DNA of 57,921 bases, filler included, from Sluysia triapertura (Eukaryota): the NCBI GenBank assembly GCA_046118255.1. It is 5 parts of 5 records of this genome, joined end to end, with 100 filler letters (N's around TTAATTAATTAA, not from the genome) between each part and the next. Parts side by side here need not be neighbours in the genome. Positions count along the whole stretch, not along the records: positions 36,077 to 46,927 come from JBJNIA010192650.1; positions 47,028 to 57,921 come from JBJNIA010191841.1; 3 more parts are not named here. The stretch is one strand, 5' to 3'. Below the pieces are notes generated by a model. That model saw nothing but the letters and a program-made list of their open reading frames with translations. It made no database searches and was not told the DNA's origin. Each line of letters begins with the position of its first letter. Within the stretch, counting starts at the first letter, position 1. Of the stretch, positions 36,200 to 49,189 are shown in pieces. Made by a program: the position numbers and the translations under genes.

Positions 36200-39100
36200 T
36201 CATCATTTATGTATGCCAGTCATTTTTATTTTTATTTATTTATTGTTGTCCCTCCTTTGTAAAAGATGTAAGGGGTTGCCTTTCATTCCACCTTTATTCT
36301 CCCATTCTATAAGTGTTTGTCCTACCAATAAAATCATATATCCTTTCGTCCATTCTAAACCACGCACAAGGGGAGGTCCTTATTCAAAGGATCCGTGGCT
36401 CTTTGAGACAAAATTGAGTCTTACTTTTCTTCTTTGCGCACAACTAACATTTCTTATACGAACCCTACTGCAAAAATCCTTACCTCTTTAAAAGATCAAT
36501 CTTAAGATATGTCCCCAGTATATATACGCATTAGAGCTCATGCCTCTTTCCTTGTTATTGATACTAATGACGCTTGTGCCTGTGTTCTCCACCCTTTGCG
36601 ACGGCATAATGATCAAAATACAATCCTAAAGGGAAAGACTATGTTAACGCATTTGTACCCTACTAAATCTTAGAAATATCACATTCCTCCCAAATGCCCC
36701 ATTCCCATTTCAATTACAGGCCAATTCACATGACTGCGGTGTCATGATCTGTGGGTATTTGAAGACCCTTGCGCTAAGGCGCTCACTTCTAAAAATTGAT
36801 CCTCAGGCAATTCGTTCTTTCCTTCGATCTGAGCCGCTTTTCTCTAAAGGAAAACCGAAACTTGGTCCCACCCAACTTTTGGGATTTCAATCGGCTCCTC
36901 AGCCACACCATGAGATACAAAAAGGAGTTTGAAACCAGTGCCAAAGAAAGTTTGATTTGCCGATGTTATAAAAACTGACAAACCCAATGACGAAACGCAT
37001 TGGGAAGATATCAAAGGGAAAATAACTTTTGCCCAAGCTACAAAATCAATAAAACTACCGACCCTCATTCCTCGGTGGATTGTCACATCTACGCCACAAC
37101 AAGCAACTTCGGCCAAAGTTGCAAAGTCTAGGAAAGACTTGTAACCTACCCGAGTTATACATTGGACAGTCCCATAACCCAAGGCTGCATACAACCAGCG
37201 TCCTAAAAGGGTCGAGCGTAATCTACATAGACCTCAATTACCACGTAGATATAATAGTAATCGCCAACAAAATGAGTGGAAAGAGAAACCATTGCAAATA
37301 AAATTGGAGCCTCATACTGAAGCATTGAAGAAACATCCCATATATATTACTAAAGGATTCTTATTTTTACAATAAATGATAATACATATTTCTGTGTCAA
37401 ACTCAATGACACAGAACCTTTGTCTATTCCTCCTATTCCTCCTATTCCTCCTCTTTTTCCTCTTCCTAAAGATGTTGATTCTCCAATTCCTCCTACGACT
37501 ACTGTTGTACCTAAAATTCCTACAGTTTTAGCTAATCCTATTTTCCCAAAGGTAATACTAGAAAGCTTTTGCGTTACATAAGACACACCACTACAAGATT
37601 CTAATGTAAATTTATCCTGCACCACGATCGGTTGAGCTTATCCCTAATGAGTGTCGTGAAAGTTTCTGTTTGCAAGAACAAGCCGCTACCACTGAGAACC
37701 AGTCAATTTCTGCATCGGCTAATCTCGATGACTGCACCACTTCTTTAACTAACTCAACATTTGTATCATATTGATTTGACTCCCACATCTTTATCTCCCG
37801 TAAGGGTTACATTAAATGTTCCCTTCTGGACTGTAACATGAAAGGCCTTACAATTAAGAACCACTCCGATTGTAGTGAACTCTGTGGATACTTTATCCGG
37901 AAACACAAATTCACTACCCATATGAATGAATTAAAGGTAAAGCGCACCTGTGGTGCAATCAAACATGGGAAGTATTCACCATGTCTCACATTGAACACAC
38001 TAATGCATTAAACATTGAAATCCACGGCACAAGGAAAATAATCACTGCAATGCCACGTATATCAGAGAATGACACCCAGATCCTTTATTCTGTATCTTCT
38101 CCTACCATGGTTCAGTGTACATCCTGCGAGATTACATAAAAACTGAACTCTAACAATGCCTGCAGCCTTAAACGACATCAGCGTAAGCTTACTTATACCT
38201 ACCTCGTTATTAAATGTTCCTGTTCTCTTGTATTTGACAACGTAACTTCGTTTTCCCAAACATCTACTAATCCATACAATCTCTACTAACCTTAACTTTG
38301 TCCCATCTATCAAAGATATGGATACCACTTACCAGTCCGATTAACTATCTTTGGGCGCAGTCATGACTTTCTTTGATTCTCACATCTCTTATGCTAACTC
38401 ACTAGTAATTTATTCTATTGTTGCTAACTTTGCAATGTTCAGTGATGAACAAGCAATTCTAAACCATTTTACCTTTCCCAAATGCACAACTTGGCAACAC
38501 TTCTACCGGATCATAATCATTGAGAATCACTGGATTCTTCTTATCTTTAACAGAGATAACAATTTTTATTGCATCGTTTTTTGAATTTTGTGAATTTTTT
38601 TAGAAATGTCATTACCACATACAGACAAAATTTCTCTCATAAACGTATACCCTATCCAGCTCAGGTGTGTCCTACTGACTGGGGTCCCTTTATTTGTAAT
38701 ATCGCCCTACAGTACAAACGTAACCCTGATATCTTATGTTCTACCAACCTGATATCGACGCCACAATGGAAATAATATACAACATTGTAGCCCACCCTAT
38801 TATGCAACCATCGAACACAAAAAGTAAATGCCACATTCCTCTATTCAATCAATTTGTAATAGAATTCATAAGGACAACCTTGCTATTGATAATGCGTTTT
38901 CTGAATTTTATGACTTGATACATAAACTTTTCCCACACAAATTTCTCAATATCCTATCCCAATTTAAAAAGAGTTCACATGTTAAACAGAAAGTATGCAA
39001 TTCGGAATCTATCAGTCTTGACCTTGATAAAATATTTGAACAGAATCAGACTAAAGCATTCCAATTGATTACAGGTACCAGATCCCTCGGTACTACGGAT

Positions 39101-41320
39101 CTGGAATCGTTTCTCCAAACCAACTCAGATGGGAATACTGCCTTACTATACGGACGCATCAAGTAATGATCCAATAACCGAAACAGAAATCCAGATCACT
39201 TTAAAATTTGAAAAAATCTGCTCCCGAATCAAAAAAAGATTACTTTTGAAAATATTAAAAATGTTGATCCTTCGCTTACATTTCTGTCTTTTCTTTAATA
39301 AAATTATTTCCATTCAAAAATTGCCACGGGCCTGGAAAACCTTCACCACCTTACTTATAATTAAACCGAATAAATTTCACCTTGCGCACGAAGTCTCATC
39401 CTGGCGACATATTGCGATACTCGACTGTACATATCGTATCTTTACTAAAATATTAAACGATCGCCTTCTTTCGTGGATACATAGCTCTAACCAGGCTGCG
39501 CTGTTACGTTCTGATAGATGCACTGAGCATAATTTCTTACTACACTCCATTCAGGCAATTATTGCGTCTCTCAATCACCGTAAAACTAATAAAACTGAGC
39601 TCCAGGTAATATTTCTTGACTTAGCCAATGCCTTTGTCGCTATGTCCCACCAACTAATCTGGCACACTACATCACTATACCCTAAACCTTATCAAAGACC
39701 TATATGACGGTACTAGTACGAATTACAAATGTAGCAAACTTGTAACAAATATGGAGTTAAATAGGGTTGTCCTATCTGTTTAATTACTCGTTCACAGATT
39801 TAATTATGGTCAAGTTTCCATATCGTGAAATATCATTTCACCCTTATCTTGCAATAATTGCTACTTACCATAATTACCTCCAGCGAACACTTACATACAT
39901 AGTAGAACACACAAAATCTGCAAATCTATTCTTTCGGCCCACAAATGTTTCTACTTTCACAATATTCCAGGTAATACAAATCTTTTACTTCTTATCAACG
40001 TACACCAATTGCGAAAATGAATGATGAATAAAACATGATCTACCTGGGTGTTCCTTTTGGTGAACTCCAGAAACATAATTTGATTGACTCTCTCAATGAA
40101 AACTTAACTCTGCAGAAACAAATTCATCATGTTTCACAACTTTATTCAATCGCGCCTTATTTTTCATTTGCGCAATATTAATATAAATACTCAAATTTTT
40201 TTAGTCCTCATGCAAGGCAATCCAAGATCCTTCCGTAAAATATTGAAAATGATGAGAAAATTCATCATATACTTAAGGGCTTCGAGGTCTGAAAAAATTT
40301 CCATTTAATAATTCCTTTTTTTGTGCCCAAAAAATCATGGTGACTTCAGTTTAATTTTCTCTTACGATGACTATATCTGCCAGAATATAATCTTTTTTTA
40401 ATAGTCGAACAACCGTAATTCGCACCCTAGATTTACAGTAAATACTTCGAGTCGCTTCTGACAGACTGAATAAAGTTGATAATGTGTCTGATGCCCTTTT
40501 GTGGATAAATGGTGCTAAAGCCGATAAACGCGCAAGACTTCAGATATGGTGGACAAAAATTAGCCAATCAAACCTTAACCTGTTCTGCAAATATAAAATC
40601 AATGTGAGGAACACATTAAACTGAATATTAAATGTGACATCCTTGGAGATTTCGAAGTCACTTTTAATTGGGGAAATATCTGCATGGGCTGACTAACCTT
40701 TCCAACACCAATTCCTCGAAATCAAGTAAAGTTTAAGGTCGTTTTGTCAAATGTTTCGTGGAATGTCCTCTATCTGCTCATCCTTTTTCTCTACAATTAA
40801 GAAATCAGTGTTGGATTTTCATGACTAAAGCCAGGAATAATAATATGAAGCTTAATATTTGTCCCCAAAACAATCTACTTAATCTTCCTCTTACCTGTTG
40901 CTGGTGTGGCTTCGAACGAGAAACTCTTGCCCATATACCATTACTGGCCGTACAGTAAGATATAATAAAAGTTCAGAATGTTTATTTAGTAAACTAAAAC
41001 AAATGGACTTCTCGGTGAAAAAAGATACCCAAACCCCATTAGTTGGAGATTATAGGCGATATGATATTCAAGCGAAAGGTACTAATTCTTCCCAACTGTT
41101 TCTCATAGAGATCAAATCTCCTATTGGTGATTACGAAAACTTTCAAGCGGCCCGACATTTAATGTTACCAAGTATTCTGATCTGAGGCAAAAACTCCAAG
41201 ACCAACTCAAATGTTCTGTCTCCCTAAGCACATTTGTAGTTGGAGTTCTTGATTCTTTGGATCCAGGACATGATTTTGTCCTTAAAAAGTTTGGTTTCCG
41301 TAAAGCTGATACTACTGAAT
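36200..41320 (+). mobile_element. Decayed NeSL-group (RLE-type) non-LTR retrotransposon: Ulp1-like protease(s), zinc fingers, RT, CCHC, restriction-like endonuclease
   Basis: RT motifs SWRHIAI, NQAALLRSDRCTEHNFLL, FLDLANAF, GVK*GCP, YLGVPF (YADD lost before LAIIA). Also CCWCGFERETLAH; RRYDI..LIEIKSP; FVVGVLDSLDP; zinc fingers IKCSLLDC, QCTSC..LKRH, IKCSCS; protease motifs ENHWILL/PAQVCPTDWGPFIC and QANSHDCGVMIC. Confidence 0.9.
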
Positions 41321-42379
41321 AAATAAGCTTGAATTTAACACTTATTATTTATATTACTTTCAAAACACAGTAAATTATTTCACTAAAGATATCAATAAAA
41401 ATGTAATGTCAACATACATATGCGACAATATTGTAGAAACAAAAATGTTTTAAATATTTTAAAAATAATAAATTTAGCATAAAATTCAATTATTTATAAA
41501 ACACAATTAATTTAAAATTAAAAAATGTCTGATAAAACAAAAGTTTATTTTAATAATATTAAATAAAAAAACTTTAAGAATTTAATGTACATTTTTAATT
41601 AATAAAACAATTTATTAACTTTCTTAAAATAATTTTTAATACTATACGCAAATATTATACTTCCAATACTTTTATTTTTTCATATTTTTAATAATATTTT
41701 TAACACATTCTTTGCGGGAAACAAGTTAACACGTTCTGCACATAGTATTGCTAGTGTGCGGAACACTATGTTATATTATAATAAATATATTATAATAAAT
41801 ATATTATTTATATATTATAATAAATAAAATATAATAATAAAATGTAATAATAGATAAATTATAAGATAAAAAACTGAAAGATTTATTTTTTGCACAAATG
41901 TCCAAAATCGCCCTCTTTCAGCTTGGATTGGGGCAAAATAGTTGACACAGAATGTAATAATATTCTTAGCATTTACATTTTTATAATAGAGTTAAAAACA
42001 TTTTAAACTTTAGATTCAAACAAAATTCAAAATACTTTTTAGATGTTACTAAATTTAAAATTCATTTAATTTATTAATTTTCTTTGAAATTATTATATAA
42101 CGGAATAATATAATTAAATTTAAGTCTTTGGTTTATTTGGATAATTGAAAAAATGTAACACTTCCGTTAAATCAAACTTTTATTGCAATAATTGATCGCA
42201 ATTGATTTTTTACTAAATCGTTTTTATTATTAATCATTTTCGAACCTTTGTCTTATTTTTACATTTATTGTTTTTCTGAGCTGCGTGTGTATAAAATAAA
42301 CAAAAATTTAATTTGGTTTCTGAAGTATTTAAATCTTTAAAAAATGCATTATTTAGGTCCGATAATTCAGTTGAATTAT

Positions 42380-43010
42380 ATTTATCCTTGAGATTTGTTA
42401 ATTTGTACTAAGAAAGAAAGGAAAATAATAAAGGAAACAAATAATCCGTTAGTACTTACTTAATTTTTGGTAGCAAAACACAGTGTCCTGCAAAACTTCC
42501 AGTAACAACTTCACAATGTTTGAAAAAAGTTGTATAACTTTGAAACCAACTCAATAACAAAGGCCATTTGTGACATCCAAGTTACTTAATAGCATTACAA
42601 TAGCTTCCATTTTAAAGTGAAGTTTATGATTAAAATGGTACTTAAAATTCCATTAGATATTCTGATACACTTTCTTCAGGATCACAAATTATTTGGTCAA
42701 TGCATTTTAGTATTGTCAATTCTTCAGCACGTTATTGAATAATTTTTGTATTTAATTTTGGTTAACTTTGTGCCCAAAATAACGTTTGATTGCAGATCGT
42801 GCATGCCATTATGTTGAATTGCATCACCAAATATTTCTATAGTCAAATTGTTTTCAAGAGATTTCAACAAAAAATAATGTTTAAAGTGACTTAATAGATT
42901 AAAAATCAAATAGAAATTTCAATACTATCATTTGAATAATAATTTGTAAAGTGAAACTTATTTTACACTGATCTGCTTCCTTTATTGTGAATGGTAATTT
43001 GTGTAGGGAC
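42380..43010 (-). mobile_element. Helitron PIF1-type helicase remnant
   Basis: EIFGD..VILGTK, EYLMEF, HKLHFKMEAIVMLLSNLDVTNGLC, VVTGSFAGHCVLLPKI, INKSQG* (42385-42402) in the correct order. Confidence 0.85.
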
Positions 43011-43097
43011 ATTACAAACAAACAAAATTACTTTATTTTCACAATTTTGTTAAATAATTAATTCATTTTATTATGTATTTTGTTTAAATTAAATTTA

Positions 43098-43253
<156 letters not shown>

Positions 43254-43871
43254 TTAAATATTAATGTGGATAATTTTAGTTATAAATAAATGATTTCGAT
43301 GTAGAAAAAATTTAGATTTTTGAAGCCATCCAAACATTAGGCCAAAAGAATTAATATTTTGCTAAGAAATAGCTAGTAATTTATTTGAGCTAAAATCTGG
43401 AAGTAAAACGGTATGTTTCGTTGATTGGCTATGTGTGAAACTCATCTTTTTTATGTTTCAATATTTTCTTTAAGTTTTCATGTAAAAATGGTTATTCCTT
43501 TTTAAGATAAAAACGTACAAAAATATTTTTTAACTAAAGCAATTATTAAAATCATTTTTTTGCTCATAATAATTAATAATTAATTTGAAAATCATTAATT
43601 AGTATCACTTTCTGAATAATCATTTACGAATGGCATTGGGAAAAATAATAATAATATTTTCATATTAATAAAATAATAATAATGCATAAAAATATAAAAT
43701 ATATTTTAGCATACTAAGTTTAAGATTACTTGATATTTTATATTAGAAAGAGTTTATGTATTAAAAAAATTAATTATTATTAAATTTCAATTATTTCAGT
43801 AATTACAATAAAATTATTGTATTTGAAAATCAATACAATAAAAATATCTACCTTGCTAAAATAAATAAATA

Positions 43872-44410
43872 ATGTACGTAGGACTAACTATTCGAAATAT
43901 AGGATTCTACATGAATTCAAAAATAAATATTGAAGAAAATATTAATTGTATAGTTAAAATGCCTGAATATCAATTGAAGGAAATATCAAATATTAGAAAG
44001 ATTTTACTAAGGAAACTAATTGTTCAGTCATTGATCATACAGATTATAATTAATCGTATATTGTATTTAATATTATATATAAAAATCGAAAATTACAATT
44101 ATTATTAATGGATCAATAAGAATAACGTTTCAAGTTAAAGATGACTGCATGCTGTAGCTTATCTTAAAGAATTAGACTGGTATTGAATAAAAACAAAAGT
44201 AGAATTCGAAATTATGATGGTAATCCATGAAAGTCCTGAATATCTCTTGGAAATAATAAAAATTCGGAAACCAATAACAATTTGTGATGTGATAGGTTGT
44301 ATGTCTTGTATGTTTGAAAAATCTCAACCAGTAACCATAAATGTTGAATTACTGAAAGATTATGAAATATCAAAAAAGATAGAGTTATTTCTATTTTATA
44401 AATATACTTA
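43872..44410 (+). mobile_element. L2-clade LINE 3' fragment
   Basis: TIRNIGFYMN..INCIVK..ISNIRK..LIVQSLI and YLKELDW..KVEFEI..SPEYL; similar to 54470-54915. Confidence 0.75.
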
Positions 44411-45939
44411 ATTTAGTATTCATAATTACACTAAACATTACTATATTATTAGTTTTGGAATATAATATACTTTTATTAAGTTAGAAAATATATGTGACCT
44501 AAAATATTATATAAATATTAAGATTTCCGAATAATCCGATTATAGGAGTATAACTATGGAAAATTAGTTGATGAAAATATAAAACTTTTCATTATATCTT
44601 AATTATTTTAAAATATCTTATATTTTTACATTTTGTATCTTCGTTATTATTTTTATTCATTTCTTATTTATCAAGTATAAAATAAAACCATATTAATAAA
44701 TTTGTGAACATTATTTAATCTGCCTTATTAATAAAAATCTAACAATTCTAAAAACATACTAAAACCAATTCTAAACACAATACATAAACATTTAATTCTA
44801 AATAAAAATAAAAACATTAATAAATGTTTTATCTATCATATTAGATTTCAAAAGTTAGGTTTTTATTATAATAAAATAATATTAATGATATTGTCATCTT
44901 CATTATAATATAAATATTACAACTTACACCAGAATTAAGGTTAAAAGTTCTAACAATTCTTAATTCAAGTTACTTTTTAAATTTTAATATAATCATGTTT
45001 AATATTTTTAATTTTAAATTATTAATATTTTAATTAATATAAGTTTTTTATTATTAATTTTTTTAAATTTCATTTTGTAAAATGAGATTGATTTTAAAAA
45101 TAAATTTAAAGTAAAAATAATTAAGAATTTTAAGTGCATAATTTTAAGAATATTATAAAATTATAACAAAATAATTTTTAAAATAAAAATAAAGTAAAAT
45201 AATTTTTTGTCAAAATGTAAACAAAAAATATTGTAATAAATTATTAAAACTAATTATTTCGAAAATAATTTATAATTAATATAAATTGCGTTGTTTCATA
45301 AATTTCCTTAAAATCAGTAAAATGTTTGAATAATAATATTTTGGAAATTTAAATTAATTTTAGCTATAAAAATGGAAAATCTTTATAAAAACAGAATCTT
45401 GAAAGTTATGATTAAGTATTTAATTTTTTATATTATTTAAATAAATACAAAATAAGTATTTTAATTTATTAAATAGATTTATATAATTAAGTTAGATATT
45501 AAAGAAAATTATATAAAAAGATGCTAATACTTATTAGTAACACTTATTATACAAACATTGTTATTGTTTTAATTTAAAATTTTTATATTATTTTAACTAG
45601 TTTTAACAATCAAATAAATCCGATAATTTATTTGCAAGTTTTATATTTTAAATTTTGCTTGATATTATATTTTGTAATTTTAAATTAAGTTAAATTTTAA
45701 TTAATTATTATAATTTTAGATTATTCAATTAAACAAATATAACTGATGAAATTTGTAGTTAATAATATTGCCAAATTTAACAGCTTATTATTTGACATTG
45801 GCTCAATATTTTCCTGTTCTGTTTTTTGTTTGAAAGTTCTACATCTCGCTGTTTAAAGAAATCATCGTAAAATTTAAAATACTAAAGAATGTTTTTTAAA
45901 TTTAATTTTGTTGAAAATAGAATAGTCAGGATGTCACAC

Positions 45940-46681
45940 TTTTTACGTGAAACTTCGGCATCGCATACCACAAAAAACATGAGTAGTGTATTTGGTTCTA
46001 GTGTTACTACACAGTAGAGAGTATCAAATTGGATTGCAAAATTTCGTATAAGTAACTATGATTTCACAAATGAGCCATAAATGTCAATAATAAAACTAAA
46101 AGTCATTGTTGAGTATGGCCTATCTCAGAGTGTTGGAAACAAGCAATATTAAACAGGTAAAGTGAAAATTTTGGATAAGTGAACTGAATGAAATGCAGAA
46201 ACAAAAGCGTTTGGAAGCTTGTTGTTGCTTTCTCGTCACAAATTTGATCCATTTTTGAATCGAATTGTCACTACTAATGTGAAAAGGAACAAATAGGACA
46301 ATCAAAAGCGTTCAGCACAGTGGTTAGAAAAAGACGAATCACTAGAACACACTCCAAAGCGCACTATTCATCAGAAACATTTGATGGTCTAGCGCGATTG
46401 TGATCAATTATGATTTCATGAAAAATGATTCATCAATCGCATCAGAAATATATTGCAACCATCTGGATGAAATGATGCAAAAATCTATAGAAAAACAGCT
46501 TAGATTGGTAAACATATCGATGCATATCTTATTGCATGATAATTCTAAACCACACAGTAACAAGCAATTGTGGCACAACTATAGGAATCTTAACCGACAA
46601 CCGCTTCTTCCGCAATTTGGACAACGTTTAATAGGAAATCAAATTAATTCCGACAATGATACAAAATACCTTAACTCTTAA
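45940..46681 (+). mobile_element. Decayed mariner (DD34D-type) transposase
   Basis: VFG..RVSNWIAKFR..DFTNEP, KRLEAC, PFLNRIVT, DNQKRSAQWL..PKRTIHQKHLMV, YCNHLDEM, ILLHDNSKPH. Confidence 0.9.
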
Positions 46682-46824
46682 ATGTCAGAAGAACAAAAAC
46701 AATTCATTATATTTGTAAGTTGTCAACCAACTTTGACTTTTTCTACAAATTTATCTTGGCGACTAGATAAAATTAAATTTTTAAAATAAATTTATACAAT
46801 AATAATTTTTATATTAATTTTCAG

Positions 46825-46903
46825 ATTTCACAGTTTTATTTGCTTCGTGTGTTGTTTTATCATTTGGTAGTTCTGGACAAGTTTTTGCAACTTCCGCAAT
46901 CAG
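46825..46903 (+). CDS. KCNQ: KCNQ voltage-gated K+ channel exon (S3 to start of S4)
   Basis: 79-nt exon, tttcag|(D)[25 protein letters not shown](R)|gttatt; matches KCNQ1 [27 protein letters not shown]. Confidence 0.93.
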
Positions 46904-46927
46904 GTTATTTTATTATATAATCAATAT

Positions 46928-47027
46928 NNNNNNNNNNNNNNNNNNNNNNNNNNNNNNNNNNNNNNNNNNNNTTAATTAATTAANNNNNNNNNNNNNNNNN
47001 NNNNNNNNNNNNNNNNNNNNNNNNNNN
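46928..47027. other. Artificial contig linker
   Basis: N44-TTAATTAATTAA-N44. Confidence 0.98.
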
Positions 47028-47101
47028 GTTCAACGCGATTTCCTATAACGCGATTTCATACAACACGTAACATATTAATCGCGTTATACGGGAGTCTACT
47101 G
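47028..47101. mobile_element. Short pogo/Tigger-type MITE, left end cut by the contig start
   Basis: Right end AATCGCGTTATACGGGAGTCTACTG|TA (TIR CAGTAGACTCCCG..., TA target); internal direct repeats AACGCGATTTC are inverted relative to the TIR. Confidence 0.7.
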
Positions 47102-48275
47102 TATTTGTTTTTATTGTAAAGATGTAATAATGCCACAAGTAAAAACTTTTGCGATTGATTGATTTTATTTTAATTTTTTAATAATGTTAGGAATTAATAG
47201 AAAATATCACTCCTATATACAGCGATTTTCACTCTAGTTTTCTGTAGTTAATTTCTCCATATGTTAAATCGATTTTATTCAGCCATTTTAATAATTATTA
47301 ATTATTTTTAATATAAGTATTATTATTTTTAGTGTGCTACAATTTCTATTTTTGACTAGACTATCATTATTTGCACTATCATTATTTTTTAAATTATTAT
47401 TGTTAGGTGTCCATCACAACTTTTTAAAATCTTAAAAAACACAAAAATAGGGTGTAAGTCTTAAAATACACGTAAAATTTGTAAGAAAATCCTTAATTAT
47501 AAAATTTAAACTGTTATTCTTTTATCTAACTATATTGTGATTGTCGAATTTTATAAACTATTAATAATAAACATTCGTATCAACGTGTTTTTGTTTTGAA
47601 TTTTGCGCTCTGATCAAGTAAATCCAATAAAGGATCGACAATACCTTAGAAAACTCAGGAGCCTCGGTTAACTTAAGTATATATAAGTAAGTGACCAAAG
47701 TGTAAGGAAGTTAGTACTAACTTTGATATAGAATAGTTAAGACGTTAAATAAAAACAGATCCTCAAAAGTATAGCAAAATATTAGTTAAAAGTATCGATT
47801 TGTAACCATTAAAACACATTTATTGTGGTTAAAACAATTTAAAATATAAATTATTTCTGTTGAGTGATAGGCCCTGTAGTTGTCTTAAGTTTAAGTTTCA
47901 ATTGCATTCTAAATGCGGAATATCTTTATGTATAATTAAATCATCTTTTCGAAAAATTCCCGAAATTTCAAATAAAGTATGATTACGAGGTATTAAAACA
48001 TTATATATTTAGCATTTAAGTTTCCAAACAGTGCTTACTTGTAAAAATTGTTTCTTTATTATGATTTAACTTAAGATAATTCTTAATATTAATAACGAAT
48101 ATACTCAAATATGCAAGAACCAAATCTTTTATAATTTATAAAATCACATAATTCTACCAAATTTGTTACATAAGAATGCTCTTTCTTAGAAACATGTCAG
48201 ATTAGCTAGGACTAAATTAAAATATAAATGAAAATAAAAAATATTGCTGTAATAATAAAAATAATTATTTTTTAG

Positions 48276-48785
48276 ATAATGATGAAAAATTTTTCTCGAG
48301 CTGCTGTAACAAGTGGTGGGGCTGTTCTCCTTGCTGTCATTGGTGGTAAATTATCGGAAGGTATTAATTTTGATGACGAATTGGCGCGATTAGTTATTAT
48401 AGTTGGTGTACCGTATCCTAACAAAACTAATTACATATTGATGGAGAAGATGAGATTTTTAAATCAAATAGCGAAAACATCATGTTCAAGATCAGATAAA
48501 GATATGTGTGTATCGTCATCATTATCTGGTAATATATTCTATCATAATTTGGCTATGAAATCAGTAAATCAGGCAATTGGACGTGCTATTCGGCACAAAT
48601 ATGACTACTCAGCTGTCGTATTACTTGATGAACGTTTTAACAGTATTCTACGATATAAAGATGGAAGTGATTTGTTGAGTGTGCCTAAATGGATGAAACC
48701 GGGTCTGCATTTTGAAGGTAATGAAACATTTGAAGGATCTTGCAAAATATTGCAGAACTTTTATAAGAAAGTATCAACAAATTAG
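48276..48785 (+). CDS. DDX11: DDX11/Chl1 DEAH-box Fe-S helicase, terminal exon
   Basis: GAVLLAVIGGKLSEGINFDD, IIVGVPYPN, NLAMKSVNQAIGRAIRHKYDYSAVVLLDERF; acceptor tttttag at 48275; TAG stop. Confidence 0.92.
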   Translation: MMMKNFSRAAVTSGGAVLLAVIGGKLSEGINFDDELARLVIIVGVPYPNKTNYILMEKMRFLNQIAKTSCSRSDKDMCVSSSLSGNIFYHNLAMKSVNQAIGRAIRHKYDYSAVVLLDERFNSILRYKDGSDLLSVPKWMKPGLHFEGNETFEGSCKILQNFYKKVSTN

Positions 48786-49129
48786 ATAATGTGTTGTATT
48801 TTTTAAAAATAATTTGCTAGTCTAAAAGTTAGAAAATTATTACAAAAGCGCTAAAATGAAGTTTTACAGATTTTGTAGATTTATAATTCAATAGAATGGT
48901 AATAGATAACAAGTAACGTTTAAACTTTTATTCTACGTTATTTTAAACATTTTAATTAAGTATTAAAAAGCGCTACTCAGAACAATCATTAACCATCTTT
49001 AAAATTAGTTGGAGTCAAAATTGGAAGTACACATTAAAAACAATGACTAATCCTGATTAAATTGTTATATTTCATCTATTATTAAAAAAGAGCAGACGTT
49101 AAGTAAGACTTTTGCTAGACTTCATTAAA

Positions 49130-49189
49130 TGGACTGACTGAGATTTGAACCCGAGTAATTCGATTCTCTGACCACTGAGATATCAGCCC
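49130..49189 (-). pseudogene. tRNA-like element lacking the anticodon arm
   Basis: GGGCTGA/TCAGTCC acceptor stem plus A, D arm TCTC-AGTGGTCA-GAGA, T loop GGTTCAAATC; only 10 nt between the D and T arms. Confidence 0.65.
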
